Shown here: positions 60,651 to 64,000 of the stretch, in pieces
How positions within the stretch are numbered: the stretch's first letter is position 1
Layout: each line of letters starts with the position of its first letter
Assembly: GCA_977020255.1 (NCBI GenBank)
Contig: CDROCS010005581.1
Location: 1 to 64,000 of the forward strand
Reading direction: 5' to 3'
DNA: 64,000 nucleotides
Source: Obrimoposthia wandeli
Taxonomy: Eukaryota
Position numbers and translations under genes: made by a program
Notes under the pieces: model-generated
Databases searched by the model: none
Told to the model about the DNA's origin: nothing
What the model saw: the letters and a program-made list of their open reading frames with translations, nothing else

Positions 60651-62354
60651 ATGACTAAGATTCTTATCGTCGGAGGTGTTGCAGGTGGTGCTTCAGCAGC
60701 GGCTAGAGCACGTCGCTTGAGTGAAAGTGCTGAAATTATCATGTTTGAACGGGGACGTTTCGTATCGTTCGCCAATTGTGGTTTACCCTATCACATCGGT
60801 GGTGACATCACAGATCGCAGCAAACTATTACTTCAAACCCCTGAAAGTTTTTTGGCGCGTTTTAACGTCGATGTCCGAGTGATGAACGAAGTCGTCAGCA
60901 TTAATCGCGATGAAAAAATCGTTACGGTTAAGAACCTATTAGATTGCAGCGAATACACTGAACACTATGATTTTCTACTGTTAAGCCCAGGTGCTGGCCC
61001 TATCGTTCCACCTATTCCTGGCGTTCAAAACCCGCTAACGCATTCGCTGCGTAATATTCCTGATATGGACCGCATCCTTCAGACGATTGAAACCAACAAT
61101 GTCGAACACGCAACGGTTGTCGGTGGTGGATTCATCGGTTTAGAAATGATGGAAGCGTTCCACCAGCGTGGTATTAAAACCACGTTGCTAGAGCTTGCCG
61201 ATCAAGTAATGACGCCAGTTGATAAAGAAATGGCTGGTTTTGCACATGCCGAAATTCGCGATCACGGCATTGACCTACGCCTTGGTGTTGCACTTGCTGG
61301 CGTTGAATATGTACCAGAAACGCACATTGCCAGTTTCGAGTCTGGTGAAAGCACCGAGCATCAACACATTAATGGTCATTTGAACTTATCACTCAGCAAT
61401 GGTGATTCTCTACAAACCGACCTTCTGATCATGGCAATTGGTGTACGACCTGAAACGACACTTGCGTCTGAAGCGGGCCTCAAAATCGGCGAATTAGGCG
61501 GCATCTGGACCACACCTAGCATGCAGACCAGCGATCCCGCAATCTATGCTGTGGGCGATGCAATTGAAGAAGCCGACTTCGTTACAGGCAATCAAGCCTT
61601 AGTGCCACTTGCTGGCCCTGCGAACCGCCAAGGGCGCATGGCTGCTGATAATATGCTTGGTCGTAACGAAACATACCAAGGCACACAAGGTACGGCTATT
61701 TGTAAGATTTTCGATTTAGCTATCGCTTCGACAGGCAAGAACGAAAAGCAGCTTAAACGTGATGGCGTTGATTATGAAAAAGTCTACGTACACACCGCGA
61801 GCCACGCCAGCTACTATCCTGGTGCAGAAATTATTTCGTTCAAAATGTTGTTTGACCCAAAAACAGGCAAGATTTTCGGTGCACAAGCAGCAGGTAAAGA
61901 TGGTGTCGATAAACGTATTGATATCATGGCCGTTGCGCAGCGCGCGGGTATGACCGTTGAACAATTACAACACCTCGAACTGACTTACGCCCCACCGTAC
62001 GGCAGTGCAAAAGATGTTATCAACCAAGCTGCCTTTGTTGCCAATAACATCATCAAGGGTGACGCAACACCGATCCACTTTGATGAGATAGACAACCTAA
62101 CGGATGGCCAAGTGCTGCTTGATGTACGTAATCCAGGGGAATTAGAGAGCGGTGGTTACATTGAAGGCGCGCTCAATATTCCTGTCGATGAACTTCGTCA
62201 GCGTATGCACGAACTACCCAAAGATAAAGAAATTGTTATTTACTGTCAGGTTGGGTTACGCGGTAACGTTGCTTATCGTCAACTGGTCAACAATGGCTTT
62301 AAAGCACGAAACCTAATTGGTGGATACCGCACTTATAAATTTGCAAAAATGTAA
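60651..62354 (+). CDS. CoA-disulfide/persulfide reductase with C-terminal rhodanese domain
   Basis: GGVAGGAS, SFANCGLPY redox Cys, ELTYAPPY, rhodanese DVR...YCQVGLRG. Confidence 0.9.
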   Translation: MTKILIVGGVAGGASAAARARRLSESAEIIMFERGRFVSFANCGLPYHIGGDITDRSKLLLQTPESFLARFNVDVRVMNEVVSINRDEKIVTVKNLLDCSEYTEHYDFLLLSPGAGPIVPPIPGVQNPLTHSLRNIPDMDRILQTIETNNVEHATVVGGGFIGLEMMEAFHQRGIKTTLLELADQVMTPVDKEMAGFAHAEIRDHGIDLRLGVALAGVEYVPETHIASFESGESTEHQHINGHLNLSLSNGDSLQTDLLIMAIGVRPETTLASEAGLKIGELGGIWTTPSMQTSDPAIYAVGDAIEEADFVTGNQALVPLAGPANRQGRMAADNMLGRNETYQGTQGTAICKIFDLAIASTGKNEKQLKRDGVDYEKVYVHTASHASYYPGAEIISFKMLFDPKTGKIFGAQAAGKDGVDKRIDIMAVAQRAGMTVEQLQHLELTYAPPYGSAKDVINQAAFVANNIIKGDATPIHFDEIDNLTDGQVLLDVRNPGELESGGYIEGALNIPVDELRQRMHELPKDKEIVIYCQVGLRGNVAYRQLVNNGFKARNLIGGYRTYKFAKM

Positions 62355-62478
62355 GCAACCTCAAAATCCTAGCCAGAACGATTAGCTTCTGGCTTATTGC
62401 GTTCAGTTGAAAAGCATATACACCCATTATTCTAATGGCTAGGAACCGTTATCATACGTAGATTATGCCTTTGGCATA

Positions 62479-62919
62479 CTATCTCTTTAATTTATGAGCA
62501 AGAACGATCTTGGATACTTTATTTTCAACCATATCAAACCAGTATACAATTCCATTCGATTTATCAGTCATTACTTGTTTTGATGATTTAAACCTTATGG
62601 CTTTCTGAACGCGCGATCTAGAGTGACCAACCTTAATATTATTTTTATCCCTAAAGCTTCTGTCAAAAATAATAATTGTATTTATTTTACCGGTCTCATC
62701 GCCTATCGTTACATCAAAATCTCGATAATAGTATTTAACATTATTTGAATTTGGTTTCTCATGCTTCGGTCTTCCAAACCTATTTTTTATATCAGAAAGC
62801 GTTGACACTCCAACCTTAAGCCCTTTATATTTTGAATCATAATACATAACGTCATAAGCATTACAAAACCCCGAAAATAAAAAAAGTAAAACAAATATAA
62901 GCTTCATTATTATCAACAT
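62479..62919 (-). CDS. AT-rich secreted hypothetical protein
   Basis: Signal-peptide-like N-terminus; two loosely similar halves (KVG-S). Confidence 0.65.
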   Translation of the reverse strand: MLIIMKLIFVLLFLFSGFCNAYDVMYYDSKYKGLKVGVSTLSDIKNRFGRPKHEKPNSNNVKYYYRDFDVTIGDETGKINTIIIFDRSFRDKNNIKVGHSRSRVQKAIRFKSSKQVMTDKSNGIVYWFDMVENKVSKIVLAHKLKR

Positions 62920-63053
62920 TCCTTATTAATAACTCGACATATATTCATGAATAATATTTGTCGTTTAGTACGCAGCCACATACATGTACTAATGAATTCA
63001 CCATTAACACAAGAGATTGAAAGCAAAATACGTGATATTCAAATACTACACGT

Positions 63054-63641
63054 GTGGCTGAAAAATTAATGACCTACATTCATAAAAGTGGACTCAAATC
63101 ACTCATGGGTTCTGTTAGCAATGAAGGGATGCAGGTCAATACCTTGTATTACGCGTCAATGTCGATGAACGATAAAGGCAGTGAAACCATTTCACAGTTA
63201 GCCTTTGGTGAATACTTAATTGCCAATTACGCGAATGTTGAAGAAGTTGTCAAAAACATCACAAACATCAAAACAGAATTATCCACTCACATTTTAATAC
63301 CTAGTGCTCCCACTTTTCACTGGTCGCTGACCGATAAAAGCGGTGATCGCTTGGTGATTGAACATGATAAAGATGGAGTCTCAATCTATCGTGGTGATGA
63401 TGCGATGGTGATGACCAACCAGCCAAGCCAACAAACCCACCTTGATGCATGGCACACTGCCTCCGGCAAGATCGCCAAAACATGGAGTCAGGCAGATTTC
63501 GGTTCTGCAGGTAATACCAACCCAAGAGACCGTTTCCTTCATGCCTCCTATTTTAGTGAACAACTGAAACAACCTAGCTCATCAATAAATGGCATGATGA
63601 CCGCTATTTGGGATGATTATGAAGTAGGTCGCTCGATTTAA
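63054..63641 (+). pseudogene. Internal fragment of a choloylglycine hydrolase / penicillin V acylase (Ntn, C59) gene
   Basis: NEGMQVNTLY, FHWSLTDKSGDRLVIE, VMTNQP and DRF motifs are present. The N-terminal Cys nucleophile and the C-terminus are absent. Confidence 0.75.
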
Positions 63642-63717
63642 TTTCAGCGTTGACCATGCTGTTTTTGCTGCTCTTATTAAAGAGCAGCCTTTTTTTAGTG
63701 ATTCGAATCTTCCGTCT

Positions 63718-63769
63718 CTATTCTTCTATTCTTCTATTCTTCTATTCTTCTATTCTTCTATTCTTCTAT
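63718..63769. repeat. Octanucleotide VNTR (TTCTTCTA)x6
   Basis: Six perfect units at 63721-63768. Confidence 0.97.
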
Positions 63770-63862
63770 CTAGCGTTTTCATATAATCTTAGTTGGCAAA
63801 TCCTATCGATATTAATAACGTAACTTTTGATTTTTCACTGAATAAAATGCGATGTTGAGCAG

Positions 63863-64000
63863 ATGATAGATAAAACCATTACAACACCACTACCCTCGTT
63901 AATTCACCGAATGGGTTCAGACAATACAAAGAAGGCAAAGCTCGTTGCCCTCGAGTGTGGTTGTGAAATCAAAAGAATTCGACGTTCTAGAAATTGGCAA
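63863..64000 (+). CDS. 5' part of a small Vibrionaceae-type protein running off the window
   Basis: MIDKTITTPLPSLIHRMGSDNTKKAKLVALECGCEIKRIRRSRNWQ... is open to the window end. The LPSLIHR / KRxRRSRNW pattern is recalled from conserved Vibrio hypotheticals. Confidence 0.65.
   Translation, partial: MIDKTITTPLPSLIHRMGSDNTKKAKLVALECGCEIKRIRRSRNWQ

Noticed and set aside
2087-61964. Numerous 60-130-aa antisense or alternate-frame ORFs inside long genes
   Set aside because: Expected shadows of coding sequence; none has a convincing RBS or family motif.

Overview
Chromosomal segment of a Vibrionaceae bacterium. The gene order and Pfa/Ole content point to Photobacterium profundum or a close relative (inference, no search run). 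Left half: 3' part of torA, a dCache chemoreceptor, the oleABCD long-chain olefin operon divergent from the thioesterase orf6/pfaT, and the 17.3-kb omega-3 PUFA synthase operon pfaABCD (5 ACP domains, no pfaE). Next is a 2-kb rearranged patch (148-bp direct repeats, a glyoxalase remnant, an internally duplicated fasciclin gene), then nemA-gloA, an alanine symporter and zwf-pgl-gnd. Right half: SEC-C protein, SpoU methylase, an orphan sugar-binding protein coupled to a diguanylate cyclase, NlpC/P60, PcfJ, Ap4A phosphorylase, a HAAAP permease, a Crp-like regulator, pnuC plus a nucleoside phosphorylase, nirBDC-cysG, a YeeE/YedE plus CoA-persulfide reductase locus, a decayed Ntn-hydrolase and a VNTR. 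At least seven ERIC-like TATACCC...GGGTATA miniature elements or remnants are scattered through the intergenic DNA. Best candidate for something undescribed: pfaA carries two in-frame dnaX-type A_AAA_AAG slippery sites, each with an upstream SD-like motif and an early -1 stop. They sit exactly at the ACP|KR and KR|DH domain boundaries, and the second is followed 6 nt later by a long hairpin. This suggests programmed -1 frameshifting that makes nested PfaA isoforms. No tRNA, rRNA, CRISPR array or transposase was seen.
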